Of a DNA stretch of 64,000 bases, positions 34,794 to 44,366 are shown piece after piece. The position numbers were made by a program, and so were the translations under genes. Source of the stretch: a virus; IMG/VR virus record IMGVR_UViG_3300017782_000001. The stretch is one strand, 5' to 3'. Below the pieces are notes generated by a model that saw nothing but the letters and a program-made list of their open reading frames with translations, had not been told where the DNA came from and made no database searches. The stretch's first letter is position 1. Every line of letters begins with the position of its first letter.

Positions 34794-37258
34794 ACGAAAA
34801 AATCCTCCAATGTCATTTGTTCTGAGCTACTCCATCCAACCGCATTTAGAATAGGTTCCAATGGGTCGAGGAATGTTTTATTAAACTGCATTTCATAGTC
34901 AATATAGTTATGAAGCTGTAGTTCATTAGGTAAGTAATCTGGAAACGATACTACGTTTTCGCGGATTGGGTTAGGCATACGAAGATAGCAAAACTTTACT
35001 TTCTCTCCGTTTTTAATAGTCACATACTTTTTAAGTAAAGCTTTATCTTTGATGTGGTGATTATATAGTAAAGCACCACGTACATGAATTGGCGTACCTT
35101 TGCCATAAACAAGTTTTTTATCAGACCACTTTGATAAATCAGATGTGCCACGTGGAAAAGATACTTTTTCAGGTGGAAGACTTTTGAACTCATCGCGGAA
35201 ATCTGATATAAACTTTTGTGTTGCTTGTTCATCACCAGAAATAATAACTTGAAATATTTTTTTGAACTTATCCCGCACAACTTCTGGTGTAGAAGATTTG
35301 ATAGCCTCAATACCCATGATTTTAAGTTTAGGCACAGCGTATTGTACACCTTCGTTATTATGTACATTTAATATGTATCGCTTTTTAGCAGTCCATATAC
35401 CTCGATCAGCAATTGCTTCACGTGCCATAACCATACGATTATCGTATGCATTCATGTTGCTAGCCATTTTAGCATAAGACTTTTCAAGAGCAGGTTCAAA
35501 ATGATCTTGACAAATTTTATCAAGGAATGCTGTTGGATTCTTTGGCTCAAAGTGTTTGACTATATTCCCCATGTTGACATATAACGAATCAGTATCAATT
35601 GCAATAACGTAATCTTTATCATTAGTCTTAAGGATGTTATTCATTTCTTTGTTCATAGTACGTTCAGCCCAAAGAATAGCAAGCTGGCCAGATAAAGTAA
35701 TAGCCTCAGCTATACGCATATCAAAATAACGAAAGTACTTATTGCCAAGTGCACCATAAAGAGAATTCAATAGAATCTTAATAGCCATCTGACGATTTTC
35801 GAGTTGATTGATTTCTTTTTCAAGTTCAAATGTTTTTTCAACCTCGTACTTTTTCATAGCAGCAATCATCATATTCTTAACAGACTTACGTTCATCGTAA
35901 TATTGAACAATGATTTGAGGAATGATACCTTGCTTTTCGCAATTAAAAGTACAACCATTAGCTGCTGTGGCATAAGTGGAACAGGTTGTTTGGTCATTAA
36001 GATAATAATCCACACCACCTTTTTCAGTGACACCAATGATTGTTTCAGGTGACATGTTGTATTGTACAATAAGATTAGGATACAAAGAATTCAAATCAAA
36101 TGAGCATACCCATTCATGCATACCTACCTGTGGTTCTTTAACAAAGCCACCAGGATATTCCATTTTATTTTTTTCGATAGCAGGAGGAATAGCAATTTTG
36201 TTTTTATGTAGTTCACGATAAATGATTGAATCCCAGATAGCAGTAGTGCCAAATGTATCTTGGAAGTTAACACCACCTTTATAAGCTATAGTCACAGCTA
36301 GTGTGATAAGCCCCATCTTGTCTTCAAGGCGTTCAATAAGCTCGACATCTTTAATGTTGTAGTCAATAAAAAGCTGGTGATTTTGTTTGTAAAGATTATA
36401 AAGGTTACCGTATTCTTCATATGATAATTTAGTTTCACCAAGGACAACATAAGCAATATGATTTAGTGCATAAGATTCTTGAGCACCATAGGAATAACCA
36501 AACTTAATAAACAATTCCATGTAATCAAGTTGAGAAATACCAACTATGTCATATGCCTGTTGCTTACGGCCTTTGATAGTTTTTTCTTGAAAGTGCACTA
36601 AACCCCAAGGAGATAATCTACGAATAGATTCAGGAGAAACAATACGATTAATACGATTAACGAGATATGGAATATCAAAAAATCGTGTATTCCAACCAGT
36701 TATAACATCAGGACAATTATCCTCCCAGTAACTAATAAACTTATTAAGTAGCTCATGCTCATTAGCACACTTTACATAACGAATATTATCAGTTTTAGCA
36801 TGATAATCATCTAAGCCCCAAACATAGTATACGTTACCACGGCTCATTTTAAGAGCAATAGAAATTACAGGATGCAAAGCATCGCTAGGTTCGGGGAATC
36901 CATCATCCGAGGCAACCTCAATATCAATGTTACATACTTGAATATGTGCACGATTGAATTGAATATCGTGAGGAAACCTTTCAGTGATGTATTGGTGTAC
37001 AAAGTTTTGGTTGCCATATACCTTAGCATTGGCAACATCTGAATATCTTTCTAGGAATTCCTTACCATCTTTCATAGATGCTTGTTTTACAGGCGCAACC
37101 GGTACACCATCAAGAGATTTCCATGTAGTTTGTTTTTGTGTAGGCACAAAAAGCGTAGGCTCGTATTTAACTTTTTTCTTTACTGGCACACCATTATGGT
37201 TGTAGCCACGATAAAGTAAAGAGTTGCCGTAACGAGCGACAGAAGTGTAAAATGACAT
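34790..37258 (-). CDS. gp43: Family B DNA polymerase
   Basis: DIEV exonuclease I, FDLNSLYP, KILLNSLYG, IDTDS, KKRY; uninterrupted. Confidence 0.97.
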   Translation of the reverse strand: MSFYTSVARYGNSLLYRGYNHNGVPVKKKVKYEPTLFVPTQKQTTWKSLDGVPVAPVKQASMKDGKEFLERYSDVANAKVYGNQNFVHQYITERFPHDIQFNRAHIQVCNIDIEVASDDGFPEPSDALHPVISIALKMSRGNVYYVWGLDDYHAKTDNIRYVKCANEHELLNKFISYWEDNCPDVITGWNTRFFDIPYLVNRINRIVSPESIRRLSPWGLVHFQEKTIKGRKQQAYDIVGISQLDYMELFIKFGYSYGAQESYALNHIAYVVLGETKLSYEEYGNLYNLYKQNHQLFIDYNIKDVELIERLEDKMGLITLAVTIAYKGGVNFQDTFGTTAIWDSIIYRELHKNKIAIPPAIEKNKMEYPGGFVKEPQVGMHEWVCSFDLNSLYPNLIVQYNMSPETIIGVTEKGGVDYYLNDQTTCSTYATAANGCTFNCEKQGIIPQIIVQYYDERKSVKNMMIAAMKKYEVEKTFELEKEINQLENRQMAIKILLNSLYGALGNKYFRYFDMRIAEAITLSGQLAILWAERTMNKEMNNILKTNDKDYVIAIDTDSLYVNMGNIVKHFEPKNPTAFLDKICQDHFEPALEKSYAKMASNMNAYDNRMVMAREAIADRGIWTAKKRYILNVHNNEGVQYAVPKLKIMGIEAIKSSTPEVVRDKFKKIFQVIISGDEQATQKFISDFRDEFKSLPPEKVSFPRGTSDLSKWSDKKLVYGKGTPIHVRGALLYNHHIKDKALLKKYVTIKNGEKVKFCYLRMPNPIRENVVSFPDYLPNELQLHNYIDYEMQFNKTFLDPLEPILNAVGWSSSEQMTLEDFFV

Positions 37259-37283
37259 ATGTTAATCCTCAACTGTAGATATT

Positions 37284-37312
37284 ATTATACCACAGAAATC
37301 ATGTAAAGTAAA
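37284..37312 (-). promoter_or_regulatory. Promoter of gp43
   Basis: TTTACT-N17-TATAAT. Confidence 0.75.
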
Positions 37313-37313
37313 C

Positions 37314-37339
37314 AAAAAAAGGGCGGTTTCCCGCCCTTT
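37314..37339 (-). terminator. Rho-independent terminator
   Basis: GGGCGG-GAAA-CCGCCC followed by a T-tract. Confidence 0.85.
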
Positions 37340-37348
37340 CTGTCATTT

Positions 37349-37450
37349 TTATTTGCCTAACATAAGCTTTTTAGCTTCATCCATTCTTCCAGATGATGCT
37401 AGCCTATGTGCTTCTAACGACATTAACAAAGTATTAAAAAAGTCTTTCAT
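37349..37450 (-). CDS. Small protein (33 aa)
   Basis: MKDFFNTLLMSLEAHRLASSGRMDEAKKLMLGK*, ATGA-coupled to the upstream ORF; not in the ORF track. Confidence 0.55.
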   Translation of the reverse strand: MKDFFNTLLMSLEAHRLASSGRMDEAKKLMLGK

Positions 37451-37593
37451 CGGTAATAACCCAATGGGCCTAAACCGCGTTGTAGTCTTTTCATTCTTTG
37501 TTCAAGATCTACTAAGTCTGTAGCTCTTGCTAGATATTTTTCGTCAGGACACATTTTGTAGTTCTTCCACCAAGCTTTGATTTTTTTAATCAC
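37447..37593 (-). CDS. DUF3563-like small protein (48 aa)
   Basis: GTG start; EKYLARATDLVDLEQRMKRLQRG matches the recalled YLA.A.D..DLE.R motif; not in the ORF track. Confidence 0.6.
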   Translation of the reverse strand: MIKKIKAWWKNYKMCPDEKYLARATDLVDLEQRMKRLQRGLGPLGYYR

Positions 37594-37807
37594 GGTATCT
37601 TACCTCCGCTCTGTCATTCATTTCTGACAGTAGAGATTCAAGCGTGTGATGAGGGTACTCATGCAGAATCATAGGAGCAATTTGCCTATTAGCTGCTTTT
37701 TGTCTTGCGACTTGGTACCCAATCAGCATTGCTGAAAGAGTTACTTTTAGTGAGCTTAGAAATTTCTCAAATATTTTCGTTGAGAAGTTGAGCGCTATTG
37801 TTGTCAT
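37586..37807 (-). CDS. Hypothetical small protein
   Basis: GAGGA RBS, 73 aa. Confidence 0.6.
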   Translation of the reverse strand: MTTIALNFSTKIFEKFLSSLKVTLSAMLIGYQVARQKAANRQIAPMILHEYPHHTLESLLSEMNDRAEVRYRD

Positions 37808-38234
37808 TTTTTAATTCCTCGTTAGATTTAATTTTGATCTTACGAGGCTGCTTTTCTTTTGGTAGAACCACCTGTAAATTCACGGCTAAGATTCCATCCT
37901 CAAGATTAGCTCCTGTTACTTCGGTATATTCCGACAGTCTAAATGACTTAATCCAGTTTTTTGCACTAATACCTTTATGAACATACGAATTTTGATCGCG
38001 CCTTGTCGGTCTGTCGCCTTTAATGTGCAACACACCATCATTTACTTCAATATCAATATGATCTTGTTTGAATCCAGCCACTGCCATTTCAACTACAAAA
38101 TTGTAATCGTCATTCTTTACGACATTATGTGGTGGGTAGGTATCCTTCGCATGCTTGTGAATATTCTCAAGCTGATCGAAGATGTGGTCAAAACCAATAA
38201 AACCCGAACGTGGGTATGCGAAATTGCTAGTCAT
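37767..38234 (-). CDS. Small heat-shock protein Hsp20 (IbpA-like)
   Basis: YPPHNV, EMAVAGF, YVHKGIS, A.LEDGIL, P.EKQPRKI. Confidence 0.95.
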   Translation of the reverse strand: MTSNFAYPRSGFIGFDHIFDQLENIHKHAKDTYPPHNVVKNDDYNFVVEMAVAGFKQDHIDIEVNDGVLHIKGDRPTRRDQNSYVHKGISAKNWIKSFRLSEYTEVTGANLEDGILAVNLQVVLPKEKQPRKIKIKSNEELKNDNNSAQLLNENI

Positions 38235-38296
38235 TGTTTCCTCCTATAGAATAGCAAGGTTATTTACGTAACCTACATAGTGTAGCATTACGATTC
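38235..38296 (-). promoter_or_regulatory. ROSE-like RNA thermometer in the hsp20 5' UTR
   Basis: CCUU-G-CUAU/UCU/AUAG-GAGG hairpin with UUGCU and a bulged G occluding the SD; upstream hairpin CGUAAUGCUACA/UGUAGGUUACG; late promoter at 38297-38304. Confidence 0.7.
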
Positions 38297-38304
38297 TATT
38301 TATA

Positions 38305-38430
38305 TTAGATTTTCTTTTTAATCCAACGATAAGCAGCATAGGCAAGCAATAAAACAAAAATTGTTCCAATGCCATCAAACCATGATGTCTCATTCATTGC
38401 ATCAATTAAATCAGCAGTTAGCCAATCCAT
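38305..38430 (-). CDS. Small single-TM protein (41 aa)
   Basis: MDWLTADLIDAMNETSWFDGIGTIFVLLLAYAAYRWIKKKI*, TAATG-coupled. Confidence 0.55.
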   Translation of the reverse strand: MDWLTADLIDAMNETSWFDGIGTIFVLLLAYAAYRWIKKKI

Positions 38431-38861
38431 TATTCGTGCTCTCCTCCATTACCGCGACCAAGTCCACCAAAATATTGTGGAGCTCGTCTGGCTGTTTCGA
38501 ATGTAGCAACTGTTATAACAATTCCCGCTATAAAGAGAATGTGGGCAACAGCACTAACTGCAAATACAGTAACGCTGCCAACACTCATACTAAAAATAAT
38601 ACACCACATCCACGCTAGTATTTGCATTACTACATGGCGTGTTTGCATATCTGGAATATTTCGTAGCGGATTCATGTTATGATCCATGATTGCATTCCAA
38701 CAGTTTACGATCAATGTTCTCACAGGATATACTCCTTTTTCAAATGTCACTTTTATAGGATAGTTTGCATCGACAATATCTTTGAAATCAATAGCGTCGT
38801 ATACGTCAGTGAAGTACTGAACTACTTTTCTTTCCCTAAAATAACCTGTCACTCTATACAT
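38430..38861 (-). CDS. Hypothetical membrane protein
   Basis: NPLRNIPD..TRH.VMQILAWMWC followed by TM helices; start adjusted to MYRV; internal AAGGAG-GTG start at 38723. Confidence 0.65.
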   Translation of the reverse strand: MYRVTGYFRERKVVQYFTDVYDAIDFKDIVDANYPIKVTFEKGVYPVRTLIVNCWNAIMDHNMNPLRNIPDMQTRHVVMQILAWMWCIIFSMSVGSVTVFAVSAVAHILFIAGIVITVATFETARRAPQYFGGLGRGNGGEHE

Positions 38862-38874
38862 ACTAACTCTATAA

Positions 38875-39288
38875 TTACTGCTTTGACCCGATGTTATATT
38901 TCGGACAAAGTTCCCATTCACTTTTTTCTCTAAACGGTATGATTTTAATTTGTCTAAGCGGCGCTTGGCCATTTACATCATCACTCTTTTGAATCTCAAT
39001 AAGACCCCAATCACTCATTAATTGTGCGATTGTATTCCTACGAGCAAGATCGGTTCCTTCAAGGTTAGCTTTCTTACCGTCTAAAAGAAATAGCTCTTTG
39101 AAGTGTACTATAAAATACCTGCCTTGCTTGTGCAAAATATGACAGGATTGAAATAGTCTTTTTTCTTTACGTGATGCTACACCGATTCTTGTTAAAGTTT
39201 CTCTTACTTTGAGAAAATCGTCTGGTTCATTAAGAGTGATTTCCAGCATTGACTGCGGACTCCACTCGATTACATTATTTTGTTCCAC
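38875..39288 (-). CDS. regA: Translational repressor RegA
   Basis: DDFLKVRETLTRIG, QSCHILHKQGRY.IVHFKE. Confidence 0.97.
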   Translation of the reverse strand: MEQNNVIEWSPQSMLEITLNEPDDFLKVRETLTRIGVASRKEKRLFQSCHILHKQGRYFIVHFKELFLLDGKKANLEGTDLARRNTIAQLMSDWGLIEIQKSDDVNGQAPLRQIKIIPFREKSEWELCPKYNIGSKQ

Positions 39289-39652
39289 CTTTATACACCT
39301 TCTTCTTTAACCCATTGATATCATCTGGCGATAGAAGTGTGAGTGCTTGGCGGGCTTTTTCATTACTGTAACCATAGTATTCTTTAACAACTTCAATATC
39401 GCTTTCAATTTGAGGCTTTGCCCATTTCGAAAATCTTTTCTTCTTCCTTACTATATTTATAAGGAAGTCGAATTGAAGACGGCTGTCAAGGTGTGCATGC
39501 TGATTCATTTCATTAGCCATGAGAACAGTATCGTTAAAATAAGAAAGACCACGGTTAACCATAAACGCATTGTATTGCTTTTCTGTAATATCATCAACCA
39601 TTATATCTTCTTTAGAAGTATTAATAGCATTTAAGTATTCAAACGGATTCAT
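39275..39652 (-). CDS. gp62: Clamp loader small subunit
   Basis: YNAFMVNRGLS, KKRFSKW, YYGYSNEKA; synteny. Confidence 0.92.
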   Translation of the reverse strand: MNPFEYLNAINTSKEDIMVDDITEKQYNAFMVNRGLSYFNDTVLMANEMNQHAHLDSRLQFDFLINIVRKKKRFSKWAKPQIESDIEVVKEYYGYSNEKARQALTLLSPDDINGLKKKVYKGGTK

Positions 39653-39660
39653 TAAAACCT

Positions 39661-40599
39661 CTATGTAAGTTCAACATTGGCCATAATCTCTGTCATACAG
39701 GCGACTACGTTCAATTCATGATCTGCAACAAAAGCGTTTTTATATTGATAGTCAGCAAGTATAAGAACGAGTTGAGGAATAGATTGAGGAGATACTTTAT
39801 CTGTCATACGATCATACACTCCACGAAAGATTGCACTTGCATCGGTATCAATATTATTGACAACCCATTGCCGCATCTTTTTGAAGTCTTTAGTTTTCAG
39901 AAAAGTAAATAGTTCATCGAATGTTTTTTCACTTGATGACGTTAATACATTTGAGTCAATTCTACCAGATGCACTATGTCTTTGTAATTCATTAAGAACT
40001 CTGCGCCAATCTGGTGCATGTCTCATAATTAAATCAGCAAGAACTTTACTATCAAATGATACTTCTTCCTTATAAAGGATGTTAGCAGCGCGATCCATAA
40101 ATTGACCACACAATTGAACCATATCTTTTTTAGAAGTATTAAATTCGTATACACCACACCGTGAGTGCAATGGCTCAATAATTCGATTCTTAAAGTTACA
40201 TGTTAGAATAAATCGACAGTTATTAGCAAACTCTTCAATGAAACCACGAAGAGCAGGCTGTGTCGATTGAGGATTCAAATAATCTGCTTCATCAAGGATA
40301 ACTACTTTATAGCCACCTTGTAATGAAACAGAACTCGCGAACTGTTTAATTTTTCCGCGAAGTGTATCAATGTTGCCTTCCTCTGAACCATTGATTAAAA
40401 TATAATCAAGGTTTAGCATATTACACATTGCTTTTGCGACTGTAGTTTTACCTAAGCCGGCGGTACCGGTGAGAAGCATATTAGGCAACTCACCGGTTTG
40501 TACTACTGAACTAAACGTATTCTTAAGGGATTCAGGTAAAATACATTCTTCAATAGTTTTTGGCCGATACTTTTCGACCCACAGAAAATCTGTAGACAT
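39661..40599 (-). CDS. gp44: Clamp loader large subunit
   Basis: LWVEKYRP, G.GKTT, DEAD, SRC. Confidence 0.95.
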   Translation of the reverse strand: MSTDFLWVEKYRPKTIEECILPESLKNTFSSVVQTGELPNMLLTGTAGLGKTTVAKAMCNMLNLDYILINGSEEGNIDTLRGKIKQFASSVSLQGGYKVVILDEADYLNPQSTQPALRGFIEEFANNCRFILTCNFKNRIIEPLHSRCGVYEFNTSKKDMVQLCGQFMDRAANILYKEEVSFDSKVLADLIMRHAPDWRRVLNELQRHSASGRIDSNVLTSSSEKTFDELFTFLKTKDFKKMRQWVVNNIDTDASAIFRGVYDRMTDKVSPQSIPQLVLILADYQYKNAFVADHELNVVACMTEIMANVELT

Positions 40600-40629
40600 T
40601 CACATACTCCATAATAAAAAATAACTAGC

Positions 40630-40854
40630 TTACTTAGAAGCTTGTTCTTGCTGGTAGTTTTCAGCAAGTTGGATGATCTGAATCGATTGATCACGCAATC
40701 CACCAATGGTAGATAGCTCTTCACCCTTAAACCCACCACGTTGTGTGAGGGCATCAACTACAGCGATCGTAGACCTAGCGGCCCGGTTCGCAACTTCATA
40801 AATCTGAGCATGCGGATCTTCCGCTGCTTCGACTTCTTTTTTTTCTTCAGCCAT
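40630..40854 (-). CDS. Hypothetical protein
   Basis: GGAG RBS, start MAEEK, RGGFKGEEL motif. Confidence 0.65.
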   Translation of the reverse strand: MAEEKKEVEAAEDPHAQIYEVANRAARSTIAVVDALTQRGGFKGEELSTIGGLRDQSIQIIQLAENYQQEQASK

Positions 40855-40856
40855 AA

Positions 40857-41531
40857 TTAAACTCCGAACGTTGAAGATTTTTCCATAGCAATCCAATATT
40901 GAACTGCAGTACTTTTGTTAACAAAGTTTGAGATTAGTTTAGATGAAATACTTACATCATAATCTCCATCAACAATTTTTAGATTGCTAATGTTGAGTAC
41001 AAAATTAAATTTTGCCTCAGAGTATTCTCCATCAACCATGATAGAGAAAGTATTCGATGTAGTATTCTGTGGATCTACAATCGAAAGTTCTAGTGCACCA
41101 TCACTTGGTGTAATCGATACATTAGTATGACCAAGTGCAGATGATGCGCGCTTTAGGCGAGATAGTGTTTCACTATCCAGCGTAAACTTTACATCCGTTG
41201 AAGGCATAGTGATTGCTTTACTAGGTGCTGTCAACATTTCTGTATCGCTAAAGAAATATTTACTCTTGGATCTACCTGAGCTATCACTAATGATAACATA
41301 GTTTTCATCAAACTTTAAGGTAGGATTATCAACAAGACTAACAACACTTAAAAATTCATTTAGATCGTAAATGCCAAACCCAACTGGAAATGATTCTTCC
41401 AGCGTTGCTTCAGCAAGTACATTTTTTGCTTCGGTAATAGTTTTAACAACATTACCGGGTTCTACAATTAGATTAAGATTAATCGTAGAAAAGTTTTTCA
41501 ATACCTGAAGAGTAGATTCTTTCAGTTCCAT
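40857..41531 (-). CDS. gp45: Sliding clamp
   Basis: LKNFSTIN, FGIYDLNEFL, YWIAME; synteny. Confidence 0.95.
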   Translation of the reverse strand: MELKESTLQVLKNFSTINLNLIVEPGNVVKTITEAKNVLAEATLEESFPVGFGIYDLNEFLSVVSLVDNPTLKFDENYVIISDSSGRSKSKYFFSDTEMLTAPSKAITMPSTDVKFTLDSETLSRLKRASSALGHTNVSITPSDGALELSIVDPQNTTSNTFSIMVDGEYSEAKFNFVLNISNLKIVDGDYDVSISSKLISNFVNKSTAVQYWIAMEKSSTFGV

Positions 41532-41563
41532 AACAAAGCTCCATTGTTTATTCTATAAGTATT

Positions 41564-41592
41564 ATTATACCATAGTTTTGGCGGTATGTACA
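41564..41592 (-). promoter_or_regulatory. Promoter of the gp45 operon
   Basis: TGTACA-N17-TATAAT. Confidence 0.8.
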
Positions 41593-41595
41593 CCA

Positions 41596-43308
41596 TTAAG
41601 TTTTAATTTTTGAAAAATTTCTATCTTTAACAAACTCAAGTTTCTCTTGAAATTTTCCATCCAGTATTTCACCTTTATGAGATATAACAAAGGTGTTTGT
41701 ATCATCCTCTAAAGAATATAAGATCTTCATCAGGTTATCTACTCCATCATGATCAAGTGACGAATCAAATGTTTCATCAAGGATAAGAAGATTTGTGGCT
41801 ACACTATTTTTCATTTTAGCAACTTGCCGCCACGTAAACAAGAGTGCTAAATCAATTCTTTGCTTTTCGCCTTCAGAAAAAGAAGCATAGGTAAAAGCAT
41901 CGCGATGTCTTGATCTAAGTGTTTCTTGAAATGATTCATCCAAATTAAAGTGGATAAAGAAATCTAAAGTCTGCAGGTAATTGTTAACTAGCTGGTTTAT
42001 AGCTGGGAGATATTGTTTAATGATTTTAGTTTTAATACCAGTATCTTTTAGCATTTCAAGAATCACTTGATTATATTGTTGCTTTTCATTCAAAGCAAAT
42101 TTTGTTTCCATAAAAGAATTACGAGTTTGTTCTAAATTCTTTAATTCTTTATGTGCATCATTTAGATCAGCTACTGCACTAGTTTCTAGCTCTCCTTTTA
42201 TAGAATCTATTTGAACACGAAGTGAACTAATTTGTCTACTGTTAGAATGAATAATTTGTTGCTTTTCTCTAATGTCTGTTAAATCTGCAGTAACTTGCTC
42301 AATACTTTGTTCTACCGCAGTTGACTCTAGAGATGCACTGTCCATTGCACTTTTAAGTTCTTTTGCTTTAGCCTTAGCTGAAGATAGCTTTTCATTTCTA
42401 AGAATTTCATCAATGTCCTGAGAACATGTAGGACATGATTCATTGTCTTCATAAAACTTAGCTTCCTTTGTAATATTATTCATTTGGCTTCTAAAGGTAG
42501 AATTATATTGTAAAAGACTTTGCTTTTTATCATGCAGCTCATTTAGTCTTGATTCGATTGGTCCTTGCTTTGAATCAATTTCTGCGGCAAGACTAGTGTT
42601 TTCTTTTTCAAGCGATTCGATCTCGGTATTATGTTCCGAGATTTTAGCTTCCTTTGATGCCAGATTTTGCTCCGTGAGTATTTTAACATCTTTAATATAC
42701 TTCTTTTGTGTATCTATTCGATTATTATTTATGTCAAGTTCATACTGGTTTGTACGAAGACTTTCTTTTATAATAGAATATTGTTCTTTACAAAGCTGAT
42801 TCATTCTAGAAAACACATTAATGTCTAATAGATCTTCAATTACTTCTCGACGATGGCCACCTGGCAATTGCATAAAGGGAATAAAACTACCACTACCAAG
42901 GACAACAATTTGATGAAAAGATTTATGATTTAGTTTAAGAATATTTTGTTCAAGAATTTTTTGATATTCTTTGGCATGTGATGATTGATTAATCATTGTG
43001 CCGTTTTTCCATATTTCAAAGATGGACGGCTTTATTCCTCGAACAATCTTATATTTGTTTTTTCCACTAGAAAATTCTACTTCAACCAAACAGTTTTTAT
43101 TATTAACTGAATTAAGAAGTTGTGGCTTTGTAATAGATCTATGTGGTTTACCAAATAAACCAAACGATATCGCATCAAGCATTGTTGATTTACCCGCACC
43201 GTTATGTCCTACGATGAGAGTTGATTTCGTTTTATTTAACTGGATTTCTGTCGTGTTATTACCCGTGGAAAGAAAGTTTTTCCACCGTACGATTTCAAAC
43301 ATAATCAT
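41596..43308 (-). CDS. gp46: Recombination endonuclease, Rad50/SbcC-like
   Basis: GHNGAGKST, CPTC zinc hook, FSEGEKQRID, LILDE. Confidence 0.95.
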   Translation of the reverse strand: MIMFEIVRWKNFLSTGNNTTEIQLNKTKSTLIVGHNGAGKSTMLDAISFGLFGKPHRSITKPQLLNSVNNKNCLVEVEFSSGKNKYKIVRGIKPSIFEIWKNGTMINQSSHAKEYQKILEQNILKLNHKSFHQIVVLGSGSFIPFMQLPGGHRREVIEDLLDINVFSRMNQLCKEQYSIIKESLRTNQYELDINNNRIDTQKKYIKDVKILTEQNLASKEAKISEHNTEIESLEKENTSLAAEIDSKQGPIESRLNELHDKKQSLLQYNSTFRSQMNNITKEAKFYEDNESCPTCSQDIDEILRNEKLSSAKAKAKELKSAMDSASLESTAVEQSIEQVTADLTDIREKQQIIHSNSRQISSLRVQIDSIKGELETSAVADLNDAHKELKNLEQTRNSFMETKFALNEKQQYNQVILEMLKDTGIKTKIIKQYLPAINQLVNNYLQTLDFFIHFNLDESFQETLRSRHRDAFTYASFSEGEKQRIDLALLFTWRQVAKMKNSVATNLLILDETFDSSLDHDGVDNLMKILYSLEDDTNTFVISHKGEILDGKFQEKLEFVKDRNFSKIKT

Positions 43309-44366
43309 TGGATTTCGAGAGCCTGTGCTTCTTTCATTAATTCATGCATTTTCATCTTTATCACGTCTTTCTCTAAGTCAGTATCAACATTATCAATATA
43401 TGCATTAAGAAGTACTGAGGTATCTTCAATTGATACTTCAGTATCTTCTACGTTTTCACCCATAAACTCTTGGAAATTTTCTTGTATTTTTAGATCATGT
43501 ATATTTAGGTTTTGAATTCTATCAACAAACCTATCAAAGGTAAACAGATCAGTTTTGTTTTTTACAACAATTTTTACAAACTTATTTTTTAGATAGGTTG
43601 TATCAAATTCATTGTAGTCTTTATTAGTATCATCATAGATTATTTTTTCAAATGATGTGACAGGATTTCTTACACTAGTTAATGCACGAGTTTCTGTATC
43701 TAACACATGAAAGTATTTAGGATCATGAGCATCAGACCAAAAAAATTCCATTTGAGAACCAAGATAATGTATGTTATCTTGACTTGATTTTACATGAAAG
43801 TGACCTGATAAAACCATTTCAAATCTTTTGAAAATATCTCTGGATAATCCTCCATCATGCCTATGACCACGCATTACTTCAAATCCTGATAACTCTAAAT
43901 GAGCACCAATAATATCAGCCTGACACGTTTCAATAAATTTCATAGACTTATCATAATTGTCTTGGCATATCCAAGGGATAAGACCCATTTTTAATCCATC
44001 GTAATCCATGACAGTTGGTTCCATAACAATATGAACTTCATTCATATAATGGCCAAGCAATTCTTTTAGAGAATTTAGATCATTAGTATTTTTGTAAAAG
44101 GTATCGTGATTGCCAGGGATGATGTCCATAGTAACACCGTACTCTCGCAACCTATTCAAAAATACATTTCGATTTGAGTTAAGACATTTGAAATTAACAT
44201 ATTTACGATGATCATAATAATCACCTAAGTGTACAATATGTTTAATATCATTTTCAATCATGTGTGGCCAAAAGATATTATTATAAAAATCTTCTTGGTG
44301 CTTCATAAAAACTTCTGATGAGTTTCTTATGCCACAATGTGTATCATTAAGTATAGCTATTTTCAA
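43305..44366 (-). CDS. gp47: Recombination endonuclease, Mre11/SbcD-like
   Basis: DTH, GD, GNHD, SGHFH. Confidence 0.95.
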   Translation of the reverse strand: MKIAILNDTHCGIRNSSEVFMKHQEDFYNNIFWPHMIENDIKHIVHLGDYYDHRKYVNFKCLNSNRNVFLNRLREYGVTMDIIPGNHDTFYKNTNDLNSLKELLGHYMNEVHIVMEPTVMDYDGLKMGLIPWICQDNYDKSMKFIETCQADIIGAHLELSGFEVMRGHRHDGGLSRDIFKRFEMVLSGHFHVKSSQDNIHYLGSQMEFFWSDAHDPKYFHVLDTETRALTSVRNPVTSFEKIIYDDTNKDYNEFDTTYLKNKFVKIVVKNKTDLFTFDRFVDRIQNLNIHDLKIQENFQEFMGENVEDTEVSIEDTSVLLNAYIDNVDTDLEKDVIKMKMHELMKEAQALEIQ

